Assembly (NCBI RefSeq): GCF_902459465.1
Contig: NC_047074.1
Location: 1,178,001-1,242,000 of the forward strand
Origin: Asterias rubens
Lineage: Eukaryota
Length of the DNA stretch: 64,000 nt
Direction of reading: 5' to 3'
Below the pieces are notes generated by a model, which worked only from the letters and a program-made list of their open reading frames with translations, was not told where the DNA came from and did not search any database. The first letter of the stretch is position 1, and every line of letters begins with the position of its first letter. Below are positions 38,886-51,793 of this stretch, one piece after another. The translations under genes and the position numbers were made by a program.

Positions 38886-39409
38886 CTGACGTATTTTCAA
38901 AATGTGCCAGGTACTAAATAGCTCCGTCGCTGTTTAACAACAAATACCAAAATATGCTCTCTTGGAAAATGGGCAAATAATGCAAAGTTTGAGAAACTTA
39001 GTTGTACCAAAAAGGAACAAAGACAATGTTGTGTCTGTTAATTTTGAGGCAATTCATGCACGCCACCATTTGACTATAAATTGCTGGATGAAATCGTTCC
39101 CTGCTGCTACATTTTGCTCAAGTTTTATTTACATGTAAGAGCTATTTAGTTAGATTTTTGTGCAAATATTATTGTGCAAGTTCAATGGGAGTTCTTTGTT
39201 AACCCAATGTGTGTTGGTAACGGGACTGGTGATTATGTGCAATTGATTAGTATAAAAGGCTTTTTAATTATTTGTATTTGCCCTTCACATTAACCGGAAA
39301 CGGGTACAGGGCATAACTCAATCGGCCATTTATGAGAGTCAAAGTTTTGACCCCCATAAATGGCCGACCGTGTTAGTTCGCAAACACTTTGTGCATCTGA
39401 GTCTTTAGC

Positions 39410-39795
39410 TTAAAGACACTGGACACTAGTGGTAATTGTCAAAGACTAGTCATCGCAGTTGGTGTATCTCAACATATGCATAAAATAACAAACCTGTGAA
39501 AATTTGAGCTCAATCGGACGTCGAAGTTGGGTGATAATAATGAAAGAAAAATCACCCTGGTCATAAAAAGTGGTGTGCTTTCAGATGCTTGATTTCGAGA
39601 CCTCAAATTCTAATTTTGAGGTCTTGAAATCAAGTTCGTGGAAAATTACTTCTTTCTTGAAAACTACATTTCTTCAGAGGGAGTCGTTTCTCACAATGTT
39701 TTATACTATCAACCTCTCCCCATTACTCGTTACAAAGAAAGGTTTTATGCTAATAATTATTTTGAGTAATTACCAATAGTGTCCACTGCCTTTAA
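39410..39795. mobile_element. Family A MITE
   Basis: Full TIRs flanked by TTAA. Confidence 0.86.
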
Positions 39796-40622
39796 AGAAG
39801 TACCTTTATGTCTTTTCATGTACACGTACATGTATTTCTTTGTAGGAGAGTGTAGGCTCAAATTGTACATTATGATTGCTTTTGATCGAGGCTTTTTCAT
39901 GTAAATTATTCTGGACTATTGACAATTGACAAGTGCTACAGCATGGTTTAACGCAACTGCGTCCTGTTAAAAAGCAACAAACAGTGGGTCAAGTTGTCTC
40001 GAAATTTGTTTTCGAGTTGCATTCTATTAAAGATGAGAGAAAAATAGAAGAAATTAAATTCAAAAACATGAAATAATTTTGCGAATAACAAAAATATGTG
40101 TTGGTGTTAATTTAACACAATTTTCTTATTCATTGTGGCACGCAGAAACGTGAGAAAATTTGCCACAACCCAAATTTAAACGAGCTGGTAGAGCGCAAAA
40201 CTTGTCTAAACTAAACTTATTTACTCTGAAGACGAGCAGAGTATACTGTTTGAAACGTCGAGACCAAACCGGCTCTTTTCAGAACCACCACTCCTTCAAA
40301 AGAGATTTTACTCATGGTTGAACCCGCAAGTTTACTATTCATATTTATATTTATAGTTTCTGTTTCCAGAATAAGGTTACCAGCCAAAATCTAATGAATC
40401 ATTTACTGTCTGTGACCGGCTTCCCGTTCCTAATCTGTTGTGCTTTGCATGGTATTGTAAGCAGATAATGCTCAGTATCTGCTTAGCAGTTCATGCTCAG
40501 TATCTGCTTAGCAGATAATGCTCAGTATCTGCTTAGCAGTTCTATGATATTGGGTTCAGTACAATCATGTAAGGAACTTTCCTAAAAGAATTTCTGGAAT
40601 ATTTAGCTTTGCTTAGCTATGC

Positions 40623-41003
40623 TTAAAGACACTGGACACTATTTTTAATTGTCAAAGACCAGTCTTCTCACGTGGTGTATCTCAACATATTTTGTATGCA
40701 TAAAATAACAAACCTGTGAAAACTTGAGCTCAATTGGTCGTTGAAAGATAATAATGAAAGAAAAACACCCTTGTCACACGTAGTTTTGGCTTTCAGATGC
40801 TTGATTTTGAGACTTTAAATTCTAAATCTGAGGTCTCAAAATTACGTGGAAAATTACTTCTTTCTCGAAAACTACGTCACTTCACAGGGAGCCGTTTCTC
40901 ACAATGTTTTATACTATCAACCTCTCCCAATTACTCGTTACCAAGTAAAGTTTTATGCTATTAATTATTTTGAGTAATTACCAATAGTGTCCACAGCCTT
41001 TAA
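40623..41003. mobile_element. Family A MITE
   Basis: Full TIRs flanked by TTAA. Confidence 0.86.
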
Positions 41004-41384
41004 AACAAAAGTGAAAAAAAGTTCCACTATGGAACGAAAAACACATCCTGACATTGCTCTGTTATTCACGTACTGTTCACTCAGTGATTTTGTAATTCTT
41101 TATTTTAAAATTATTATGTTGCGATTCTTCTTCCAATATGTTAAAGCCGCATTGGACTCATTGGTAAAAAAAGACAAACAAACTTTATAATTAAATTGGA
41201 ATTGATTATGTAAAAGAAGCTCTACACTGGTATTTACATGTACTTTCTGGTTTTGGTTGCCACTTTTGTTATTATCAATTTGAGTGAAATCTACAAAAGG
41301 CCACGTGTCTTTATCGTAGATTTTAAAACAAAATTGATTAAAATTTCTATTGAGTTGAATATAGCCTTGTGAACTTTTCTCGAA

Positions 41385-44300
41385 AAAATCATCAGGCTTG
41401 TGAACTTCACAAGGCTTCACAAGGCTAAAAATCATAAAGCTATAAGCCTTATGAACTTTTCGGAAAAAAAATCATAAAGCTATAGCCTTGTGAACGTTTC
41501 AAAAAAATCATAAGGCCTTGTGAACTTTTCGGAAAAGATCATAAGCCTATAGCCTTGTGAACGTTGTGAAAAAATCATAAGGCCTTGTGAACGTTTCGAA
41601 AAACTCATAAGGCTATAGCCTTGTGAATGTTTCAAAAAATCATAAGGCTAGCCTTGTGAATGTTTCAAAAAATCATAAGGCTATAGCCTTGTGAACTTTT
41701 CGGAAAAATCATAAGGCTATAGCCTTGTGAACGCTTCGAAAAAATCATAAGGCCTTGTGAACTTTTCAGAAAAGATCATAAGGCCTTGTGAACGTTTCGA
41801 AAAAAATCATAAGGCTGTAGCCTTGTGAACTTTTCGAAAAAATCATAAGGCTATAGCCTTGTGAACTTTTCGGAAAAAATCATAAGGCTATAGCCTTGTG
41901 AACGTTTCGGAAAAGATCATAAGGCTATAGCCTTGTGAACGTTTCGGAAAAAATCATAAGGCTATAGCCTTGTGAACGTTTCGAAAAAATGATAAGGCTA
42001 TAGCCTTGTGAATGTTTCAAAAAATCATAAGGCTATAGCCTTGTGAACTTTTCGGAAAAGATCATAAGGCTATAGCCTTGTGAACTTTTCTGAAAAAATC
42101 ATAAGGCTATAGCCTTGTGAACTTTTCGGAAAAATCACAAGGCCTTGTGAACTTTTCGAAAAAATCATAAGGCTATAGCCTTGTGAACTTTTCGGAAAAA
42201 ATCATAAGGCTATAGCCTTGTGAACTTTTCGAAAAAATCATAAGGCTATAGCCTTGTGAACGTTTCGAAAAAATCATAAGGCTATAGCCTTGTGAACTTT
42301 TCGGAAAAATCACAAGGCCTTGTGAACTTTTCGAAAAAAATCATTAGGCTATAGCCTTGTGAACTTTTCGAAAAAATCATAAGGCTATAGCCTTGTGAAC
42401 GTTTCGAAAAAATCATAAGGCTATAGCCTTGTGAACTTTTCGGAAAAAATCATAAGGCTATAGCCTTGTGAACTTTTCGAAAAAATCATAAGGCTAAGCC
42501 TTGTGAACGTTTCGAAAAAATCATAAGGCTATAGCCTTGTGAACTTTTCGGAAAAAATCATAAGGCTATAGCCTTGTGAACGTTTCAAAAAAATCATAAG
42601 GCTATAGCCTTGTGAACTTTTCGGAAAAAATCATAAGGCTATAGCCTTGTGAACTTTTCGAAAAAATCATAAGGCTATAGCCTTGTGAACTTTTCGGAAA
42701 AAATCATAAGGCTATAGCCTTGTGAACGTTTCGAAAAAATCATAAGGCTATATAAGCCTTGTGAACGTTTCGAAAAAATCATAAGGCTATAGCCTTGTGA
42801 ACGTTTCGGAAAAAATCATAAGGCTATAGCCTTGTGAACGTTTCGAAAAAATCATAAGGCTATAGCCTTGTGAACTTTTCGGAAAAGATCATAAGGCTAT
42901 AGCCTTGTGAACTTTTCGAAAAAATCATAAGGCTATAGCCTTGTGAACTTTTCGGAAAAAATCATAAGGCTATAGCCTTGTGAACGTTTCGGAAAAAATC
43001 ATAAGGCTATAGCCTTGTGAACTTTTCGGAAAAAATCATAAGGCTATAGCCTTGTGAACTTTTCGAAAAAATCATAAGGCTATAGCCTTGTGAACTTTTC
43101 GGAAAAGATCATAAGGCCTTGTGAACGTTTCGAAAAAATCATAAGGCTATATATATAGCCTTGTGAACGTTTCGAAAAAATCATAAGGCTATAAGCCTTG
43201 TGAACTTTTCGGAAAAGATCATAAGGCTATAGCCTTGTGAACGTTTCGGAAAAAATCATAAGGCTATAGCCTTGTGAACGTTTCGAAAAAATGATAAGGC
43301 TATAGCCTTGTGAACGTTTCGAAAAAATCATAAGCCTTGTGAACTTTTCGGAAAAAATCATAAGGCTATAGCCTTGTGAACGTTTCGAAAAAATCATAAG
43401 GCTATAGCCTTGTGAACTTTTCGGAAAAAATCATAAGGCTATAGCCTTGTGAACGTTTCGAAAAAATCATAAGGCTATATAGCCTTGTGAACGTTTCGAA
43501 AAAATCATAAGGCTATAGCCTTGTGAACGTTTCGGAAAAAATCATAAGGCTATAGCCTTGTGAACTTTTCGGAAAAGATCATAAGGCTATAGCCTTGTGA
43601 ACTTTTCGAAAAAATCATAAGGCTATAGCCTTGTGAACTTTTCGGAAAAAATCATAAGGCTATAGCCTTGGGAACTTTTCGGAAAAAATCATAAGGCTAT
43701 AGCCTTGTGAACTTTTCGGAAAAGATCATAAGGCTATAGCCTTGTGAACTTTTCGGAAAAAATCATAAGGCTATAGCCTTGTGAACTTTTCGGAAAAAAT
43801 CATAAGGCTATAGCCTTGTGAACTTTTCGGAAAAGATCATAAGGCCTTGTGAACGTTTCGAAAAAATCATAAGGCTATATATATAGCCTTGTGAACGTTT
43901 CGAAAAAATCATAAGGCTATAAGCCTTGTGAACTTTTCGGAAAAGATCATAAGGCTATAGCCTTGTGAACGTTTCGGAAAAAATCATAAGGCTATAGCCT
44001 TGTGAACGTTTCGAAAAAATGATAAGGCTATAGCCTTGTGAACGTTTCGAAAAAATCATAAGCCTTGTGAACTTTTCGGAAAAAATCATAAGGCTATAGC
44101 CTTGTGAACGTTTCGAAAAAATCATAAGGCTATATAGCCTTGTGAACGTTTCGAAAAAATCATAAGGCTATAGCCTTGTGAACGTTTCGGAAAAGATCAT
44201 AAGGCTATGGCCTTGTGAACTTTTCACTCGAAAAAATCATGTGAACTTTTCGAAAAAAATCATAAGGCTTGTGAACTTTTTCTTGAAAAAAATCACAAGG

Positions 44301-45115
44301 CTATTGTGAGGCAATAGCTTTGTGAACTTTTGCTCGTAAAAAATCACAAGGCTATGCCTTGTGAATCTTCTCGAAAAAAATCACAAGGCTATATAGACTT
44401 GTGAACTTTTCGCTCGAAAAAATCATAAGCCTTGTGAACTTTTCGCTCGAAAAAATCATAAGGCTTGAACTTTTCGCTTGAAAAAATCATAAGGCTACAG
44501 AGTTTTTCGCTCGAAAAAAACCCACAAAATTTGGTGTTACCTAGTTGGAAGGCTCCTGTGTACAGGCAGTGACAACGAGACGGATTTTTAAGTTAATAGA
44601 TTAGTTACTTTATTCGGTGTTCATTTACAGGTGAATTGTTGTGTTCATAGTACTTAAAAAACGACAGTCAGACAGTTCTCTGACAGTTAAAAGAAAGAAC
44701 CAGAATTACACAACTTGTACATATATCTTCCCAAGAATCAATATAATGATAATTTAAATACAGTGAAATTACGCAACTTGTAAATATCTGCCCCCAAATC
44801 AATATAACAAACCTCCGTTTCAATCTGCAAAATATGAGTGATCTTTTCAATCGCAAAAAATCTCACTTTCGCTCGAAAAACTGTACATGGCCTTGTGAAC
44901 TTTTCGCTCGAAAAAGTTCATAAGGCCTTGTGACTTTTTGCTCGAAAAAGTGTGCAAGGCTATATATACATGTATAGCCTTGTGAACTTTTCACTCGAAA
45001 AAAATCATAATAAGCCTCAAAAAAATCACAAGGCTATATATATATAGCCTTGCGAACTTTGCGCTCAAAAAGGTACACAAGGTTATAGCCTTGTGAACTT
45101 TTTGCTCAGAAATGT
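41385..45115. repeat. Minisatellite array, 36-37-bp monomer AAAAAATCATAAGGCTATAGCCTTGTGAAC(T/G)TTTCG(G)
   Basis: Roughly 80 or more tandem units. Homogeneous core ~41500-44220 with degenerate margins, interrupted by a unique segment ~44520-44865. Confidence 0.97.
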
Positions 45116-45299
45116 ACATGTAATCGCTTTGTGTAAACAAATTGCAAACTCCACATAACTATTGGGCATTCTCCTCGTACCAAGAGTTTAGACGCCTGCA
45201 CAGAAACAGAAGATGGTGGTAATCACAGCCATGAATTTGGGTCTAGGTCATTTGCTTTTACACAAGCAACCTAAACCTCATATGTTCTACTGTTCTAGC

Positions 45300-45672
45300 T
45301 GTCAGGTAGATTGTCATCAGACTACTCCTATCTGATGTGTTCTAGTCTCTCATCCATCCACCTCATAGGAATCATCTTCACCTTCATGCGTTCTAGCGAT
45401 GCTCGTCCTTCAATTCCACTTGGTCCCGTGTCCGATACCACAACAGCATGTGTTCTAGTCAGGTAGATTGTCATCAGACTACTCCTATCTGATGTGTTCT
45501 AGTCTCTCATCCATCCACCTCATAGGAATCATCTTCACCTTCATGCGTTCTAGCGATGCTCGTCCTTCAATTCCACGTGGTCCCGTGTCCGATACCACAA
45601 CAGCATGTGTTCTAGTCAGGTAGATTGTCATCAGACTACTCCTATTCGATGTGTTCTAGTCTCTCATCCATC
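45300..45672. repeat. ~157-bp tandem duplication (about 2.4 copies) overlapping the WDR83 stop codon and 3' UTR
   Basis: CAGGTAGATTGTCATCAGACTACTCC starts at 45303, 45460 and 45617. Confidence 0.93.
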
Positions 45673-48600
45673 CTCGGAATAAGAGTTACTTCTCCATAAC
45701 TTGATTGTCCCTTCCGAAGCAGACAAGAGACAAACTTCCTTAGGATGGAACGACAAGGAGTGTACATTGTCCTTTCCGGCTTTCTCAATTGTCGTCACCA
45801 TTGACCCCTGTTGACATTAAAACAAAATGGAATCAATATTTACAAGAAGTTTCTTCATGCATTTCTTAACTATATATTAATGAGAAATTAGAATTAGCTT
45901 ACCAACCAAAAGGACGTATGGTATAAATGAAAAAGTTAGTTAATGGCCTAACGTTTTGACCCTAGCAGAGTCTTTCTCGAAGGCTAAAATGACAACACAA
46001 CAAACACCAACAAGGCCCAATGTCATAGCTCTCCTTACCGCCGAATTCTGCGCTTACGATCACGATTCCCCGCTTACGTGCAAGCGCCGAATTTCGGCGC
46101 TAGCCTTGTAAGCGTAGAATGCCTAGTAACGTGGAGTACGCACACGCAGAAGCCCAAATTCGCCGCTAACCCGTGAAATACGCTTGCCGTCAGCACAGAA
46201 TTCCTTGCTTCCCTAAGCCCCGATTCTGTGCTTACGGTAAGCAGAGCCATGAAATTGGGCCCAGGTAACTAAGTGAAAATTGAGCAGTGAAGTGGAAATA
46301 CATGTACATGAATAGAGAGTGAGAGAGAGTCAGAAAGCACTCGGGAAGTAGCAAGGGGGGGGGGGGTTGGAGGGAAGTGGCTGAAATGACCACAAGAAGG
46401 TAGAAACACAAATGTCAATGACAAAATCACCAGAAAGTCTCAATACTGTGAGATTACAAGAATAGATGACCAGCCATTTTGTATTAATAACGACAACGAC
46501 ATGGAGATGGCGGCCACCTTGCAAGGCATCCCTACAACAGATGGACAACAGAATGGACCCTAAGAACACAAGCATGTCGAAGAGGCAGACCAAGTAGGCG
46601 TTGGATGGTCTGGACAACGTCAGAGCATTTGGAAGCGTCATACGGATGCGACAATCACAAGAAAGATCAAGGTGGAATGGTGGCAAAGAGGCCTGCCTTC
46701 AGCAGTGGAGTAACATTAGGCTACAATCCCGGCTATATAGAGAACCATTCCCTATCCACTTACCATTAACAATAAACATTGTCTCCCCCGCAAAAGCAAA
46801 AATTCCATGCTGACCTGTGAAATTATGCTTGACGAAAGCACAGAATTCCCTGCTTCCAAAAACGCTGATTATTTCCTTCCAAAACCGCTTACGGTAAGCA
46901 GAGTCTCGAAATTGTGCCCTAATGCTGAATGTAACATGCTGGACAACTATTACAGTAGAAAGGCTACAATAGACTCCATCTTTAAGCTCAATTACATGTA
47001 TTAACGCAGGCCTGCTGTAACTAACCAATCAGGCAATGAGTTTTGTGAAATGTGTGCGTGCTGCATGTCTTTCTCGCGCAAAAACACAGGACTGCGTGTT
47101 CAAATATGGCTGATTGATGTCATATCGCAACCTATCTATTCAGAACAATGTTACACGTTACACCCTTAGTATGAAAACTAAAATTCAATCATCTCCTCAC
47201 CTCGACCAAGTCCCAGAAGTAGATTTTCCCATCCTCGGATCCGCTCACAACATGGCTGTCATCGTTATTCATACAGCTATCCACTCTGTATCTGCTGTTC
47301 TGGTGACCCGCATATTCGCCGAGAAGCTCCCCTGTGTCTTTGTCTAGAAGTCGGATCCTGTTGTCCAGCGAAGACACCAGAGTGCACTGGCCGTCCTTGG
47401 TGAAGTTGACACATGTGGCCGATTCTGAAAAGACGTACATGTTGAAGATAAAAACTTCTTTATTTAAGTTTTTAAAGAAGGAAGTGCAGGTTGAAAAACA
47501 AAAATGGCCTTGTTGCCCTCTCAAAGATGTAATTGCAGACCCATCTAATAAAAATAATATAATAACAAGTAGTTCTTATAGCGCATTTCACAATAACCGT
47601 CTATATGCGCTTTACATTAGTGCCCCGGTCATTGGGCCAAAAACATCCCGTAATCATTTATCAGCTTCCTGGGGCGTAGGCTATACAAAATGGGCAAGTG
47701 TAGTGCTCAAAGGCTTTTTCATACACTATATCAACCTCTACCCAAATGTCTACCCCCGGGAAATACCCATATGCCCATGGGTGAAGAGAAGCAATTATAG
47801 TATTACTATAATGTTGCTTGCTCAAGGCTACCCTGTATATTAATACTTAACAATAATAATAATAATAATAATAATGAATGTCACGACCGGGACTCGAACC
47901 CACACTCCGATAAAACCACGAAGTGGAAAGAGCGTTGAATTCAAGTACGTAGGAACTTGAATTCAATGCTCTTAACCACTCGGCCATGACACCTAACATG
48001 TAATACTTACGCCCAATACAGTCGGCATGCAACATCCCGTTTCGCATGTCATACCTCCTAATGTAGCCATCAACCGAACCTGTCAATATCTCAAAATCCG
48101 AAACGGTGATCGAGGAAATGCTGTCTTTGGCCTCATCCATTATCTGAATTGGGTCCATCTTCCGAGAGCGACAGTCCCATATCCTTACGGTTGAATCAAT
48201 TGAACCTACAAGTAAAATGCAAATAAATTAAAAATTATAAGTTTTTCTTGCAACTCTTAAATCAATTGATGCTGAACCCTTTGGTGTAATATTTGCAGAC
48301 GTGCAACTTACTTTGAAGGAAAAAAAATTGTAATAAACTGATAATTTTATATCAGAAATGAAAAGTCACATCCCCTGGGTAACACTTCCCATGTTGCATC
48401 GTTAACTTGGGTGTGTTCCCTGGTTGCACGGCAGTTAATGGTTGATTGGCTTATGAACGGTACCTCAAATCAAACAAATAAATTGACAAAATAGGGACAC
48501 CCCCAACATAGGCTACATGTAGCTTTGATGGTCGAGCGCAGGCACAGTAATCCGGAGGTTGTTGGTTCAAATCCTGCTTTTATAGTAATTTTTTCTTAGT

Positions 48601-50032
48601 TCCAATGGAAATTGACAGCAGATACACAAATCTTAATCAGCACTCAGTGTTTTTAATTTTCCATGGCCGTGTGTTTAACCTTTCACACTGATCAGAGTAT
48701 TTTCATGTATATTACATCCACATTGTTTGGTGACAGCGCATACATGTACTAATCGCTTCTCTGGCCGCAGAATTTGCAAATGCAAGCCTGGGAAAACGGA
48801 CACCAACACGTCACGCCAATCTAAAGAAAGATTCATGCGTAAATTGTTCTCTGTTGGAAATTAATTTGTTATTGATATCTCATTTATCAATGCTGCATTT
48901 CAGCCCACTAGTCTACTGTACTAAATTATTACACACCCCTTTTTCGTTTTTTTACAGTGTAGGTCTACATATCCCTTACTTGACCTACCATCATAACCAT
49001 GTAAATGTTTCTAAAAGTATCCTATAATAAAAGTTTAAGGTTCGTTTCGGAACGTGGAGATGACATGGATGATAGCGGAACGTGCAGACGAGAGGAACAT
49101 GGAGATGATAGTGGAACTACGTCTTAATATTGATAGTTCTTTTTCTAGATGCCATTAGCAATGACAAGCACAAGGATGGTTCTGACCCCATTGTCCAAGA
49201 TAACAATATATCAGCAACCTGGTTTTTTACTTTATTTGAATTTTGATAACTGTCAGTGTCACGCCACAACTTTTCCACTCATGTTTACAAAAAATCAATT
49301 AAGGTAAGTAAATTATATATATTATAGGCCCTATCGAATGAAAAAGTGATGGCGCCAGACAGAAACTTTTCCTTTATTTTTTATATAAATGTACTTCATT
49401 ACTTTTTTTTACTTTCGTACTATACTAAGATCTAATAATTATTGGTTCTAAATCTAAGCTAGTCAACTAGTCATTCATTATTTAATATTTGACATGAGAA
49501 TGAGATTGAATCATTGATTGAGCTCGAGATACGTACGTGTCGATCCCCCGTATGATAGGGTGTACTTCTAGAAACTATATACAAAATAAGGCTCCCGGGA
49601 GCCTTATACTTTTTTATAGTTATTTATACTTAGTCTTATATAATATAGTTTCTAGAAGTAGATGTTATTATTTATACCTGATAAAATAACGGACGCTTCC
49701 TCGTTAAAACACACACAGTTCACTTTCCCAGCATGGCCCCGGAACTTTCGTAGAATCTGCCCAGATGCAACATCCCACAGAATCACAGTCTTGTCTGCTC
49801 CACACGACACCAGCTGCGAATTGTCCAAAGACGCCCGTGAATCGAGCACTTCGTACCCGTGGCCTGAGTACGTTTTGAGCAGCAAGTTACGGTGAGGGTT
49901 CCACAACTTGAGTGACTTGTCACTGCCGCAAGAGGTGCAGTAGTTACCGTCTGCGTTGAAGGAAACACTCCGAACTGCCCCTTGTTTGCACTCGAGTGTT
50001 TTGTGGAGCTTTAAGGGGAGTTTGTCCGCCAT
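45664..50032 (-). CDS. WDR83: WD repeat-containing protein 83 (MORG1), 4 exons, 305 aa
   Basis: Exons 50032-49678, 48205-48011, 47424-47201, 45807-45664 (TGA); phases 1, 1, 0 are consistent; 918 nt. Sequence: CKQGAVRSVSFNADGNYC, KTYSGHGYEVLD, KFRGHAGKVNCVCFNEEASVILSGSIDST, PIQIMDEAKDSISS, GSVDGYIRRYDMR, RLLDKDTGELLGEYAGH, SLSFHP. These are diagnostic of WDR83/MORG1. Confidence 0.93.
47848..47992 (-). mobile_element. tRNA-derived SINE head with (ATT)n tail, WDR83 intron 2
   Basis: The - strand reads GGTGTCATGGCCGAGTGGTTAAGAGC...GGGTTCGAGTCCCGGTCGTGAC. Related heads at 52849-52900, 32364-32420 and 32950-33000. Confidence 0.72.
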
Positions 50033-50034
50033 AA

Positions 50035-50290
50035 CCGGTGAAAATTCCCTTCAGACAGTGTCGGAAAAAATGAGAAAACACATCTCCATTAATCAGCGTA
50101 CGGTCCGGTCCTAAAAGTAAACTTTCAACCTCGATTCCCATTAGCGTTGGTTTAAGCGTGTGAGGTTGACGCTTGGTAGAAAAAGGTTGAGATTTCGGTT
50201 TTCACATCGTTTGCGCCACCTGGCGTTCGAAAACAGAGAACTTGCTCACACAGGTGGAAGGGGCGGGGCTGAAAGGGGGTATATTATAAG
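50035..50290 (-). promoter_or_regulatory. Putative WDR83 5' UTR/promoter
   Basis: Locally GC/CpG-richer segment directly upstream of the ATG; GC-box GGGGCGGGGC near 50260; GCGCCACCTGGCG motif. Confidence 0.45.
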
Positions 50291-50307
50291 TGCTTTAGCT
50301 GTTTACG

Positions 50308-50308
<1 letters not shown>

Positions 50309-50340
<32 letters not shown>
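50309..50340 (+). repeat. (TAA)n microsatellite
   Basis: About 10 tandem TAA units upstream of WDR83. Confidence 0.95.
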
Positions 50341-50341
<1 letters not shown>

Positions 50342-51793
50342 TTTTTTTTAAGAAAAAATTAGTTATTTTAAAGCACATTCCTTTGTCAAAGATTGTTAAT
50401 TGTTAATGCCCAGTATCCACATTATTGGTGTATTCTGTGCATAAAATTACAAATTGTGAAAATTGGGACTCAATTATTGGACACCGAAGTTGCAGGAAAA
50501 CAAGTTTTTTCAATTCATAATTAAGTAATATTACTAAAAATAGTTCCACTTTTCCCAGCAAATTATCTCATCTGTTATTTATTTCTAATCATTATGTGAA
50601 TAAACTATAATATAATTTTGTAATTTATATTCATGGATATAACAATCAGAGCTAAATCTGGTTCAGTAATCACTTTTTATTTCAAAGATGGAAATACAAC
50701 TACTATAGCTGATGATCAGGTGAGTTTAGGTTTGAAATGTTTGGGTGCAAATAAGTCTCATTCACGCCAAATAAACCTTTTTATAAGTATTTCATTATTT
50801 TGACAAATTATTTTGTTTTTAATGAAGGGGCATTGTTCTGATATTGCTTTCATGAGTCTAAATTCGATGCGAGTTAGAAACAAAAGTTCGGCATAATGGC
50901 TCCCTGTGATTGCATTTTGTTTATTTAAACTTGTACTTGACTTACAAATCACATACCGTAAAAATCAAACATTAACTAGTTCTTATCTTTCAGTCAACAT
51001 GATTATTGTGTACATTGGCAGCTTGATTTGAATAACAACAATGTTGGTTCCAAAAACATGCCATGTTTGGGAATCTCATGATCGTGCATCGTTGATGACG
51101 TAGTGATGGGGGTAGAAGGAGGCCACAGTCGTGAGGTACGGTGTTCCGTAAGATCCACCCATTTCTGTTTGTTTAACATCCGTTCCTTGTTAAAATCGGA
51201 GTGGTAAGTGAAATCTAATCGCACAATAAGCGTGAGGAACGTTGCTTTTAAAGTTGGAAGATTAACAACATCAAGTTTCACAAAACATATCTGCGATTTT
51301 TCATTGAAATAAAGGACTATATATATACTGCACGTACCTTCGCAAAGACTGCACTAGGCCACATTACAAAGTAAAGTCCCTTGTTTCTTATCTAGCATTA
51401 TTAATAGGGTTTTGGTTTTTTCAGTTGTGTTAAAAATACCATTGCATTTGCGTGTATGGCCAGACAATATCATATTTATTTTCGCTGAACATTCGCATGC
51501 AGAAGTAGGGTTTGCAAAGAGCTCCACTTTATTTGAGCAATTTTAAATTTGTAGTTAAGAATCCATCATTGTTGCCGGCCATCAGCCACTTTCACCAGTT
51601 CAGCAAAGAGGATCAATTAACTGTACGCAGTGAGTGAAGATAAGTCACGTCTACATCTTCAGGTAAGACGTCAACTTGTACAAGGGTCTTATGTTGTCAT
51701 GACGGACAAGATATAATAACGTAAAGATTGATGGGTGGGACATTAAATAACAACTGATACGATTATGAAACTGGTTTGCGGGAAATAAGTATT

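Noticed and set aside
41385-45115. CRISPR array (36-37-bp palindromic repeats)
   Set aside because: Units are directly adjacent with no unique spacers, no cas genes are present, and the context is eukaryotic.
47334-47843. 169-aa plus-strand ORF
   Set aside because: Antisense to WDR83 exon 3/intron 2, with no motif or splice support.
47880-47992. tRNA genes (also ~320-410, 15400-15450, 17510-17580, 35215-35280, 36200-36250, 48520-48580, 52849-52900)
   Set aside because: A/B-box-like motifs are present but there is no complete cloverleaf; they continue into SINE bodies or simple-repeat tails.
50100-51700. WDR83OS/Asterix ortholog opposite WDR83
   Set aside because: No segment resembling DPRRP or DYMNLLGMIFSMCGLM was found on the + strand.
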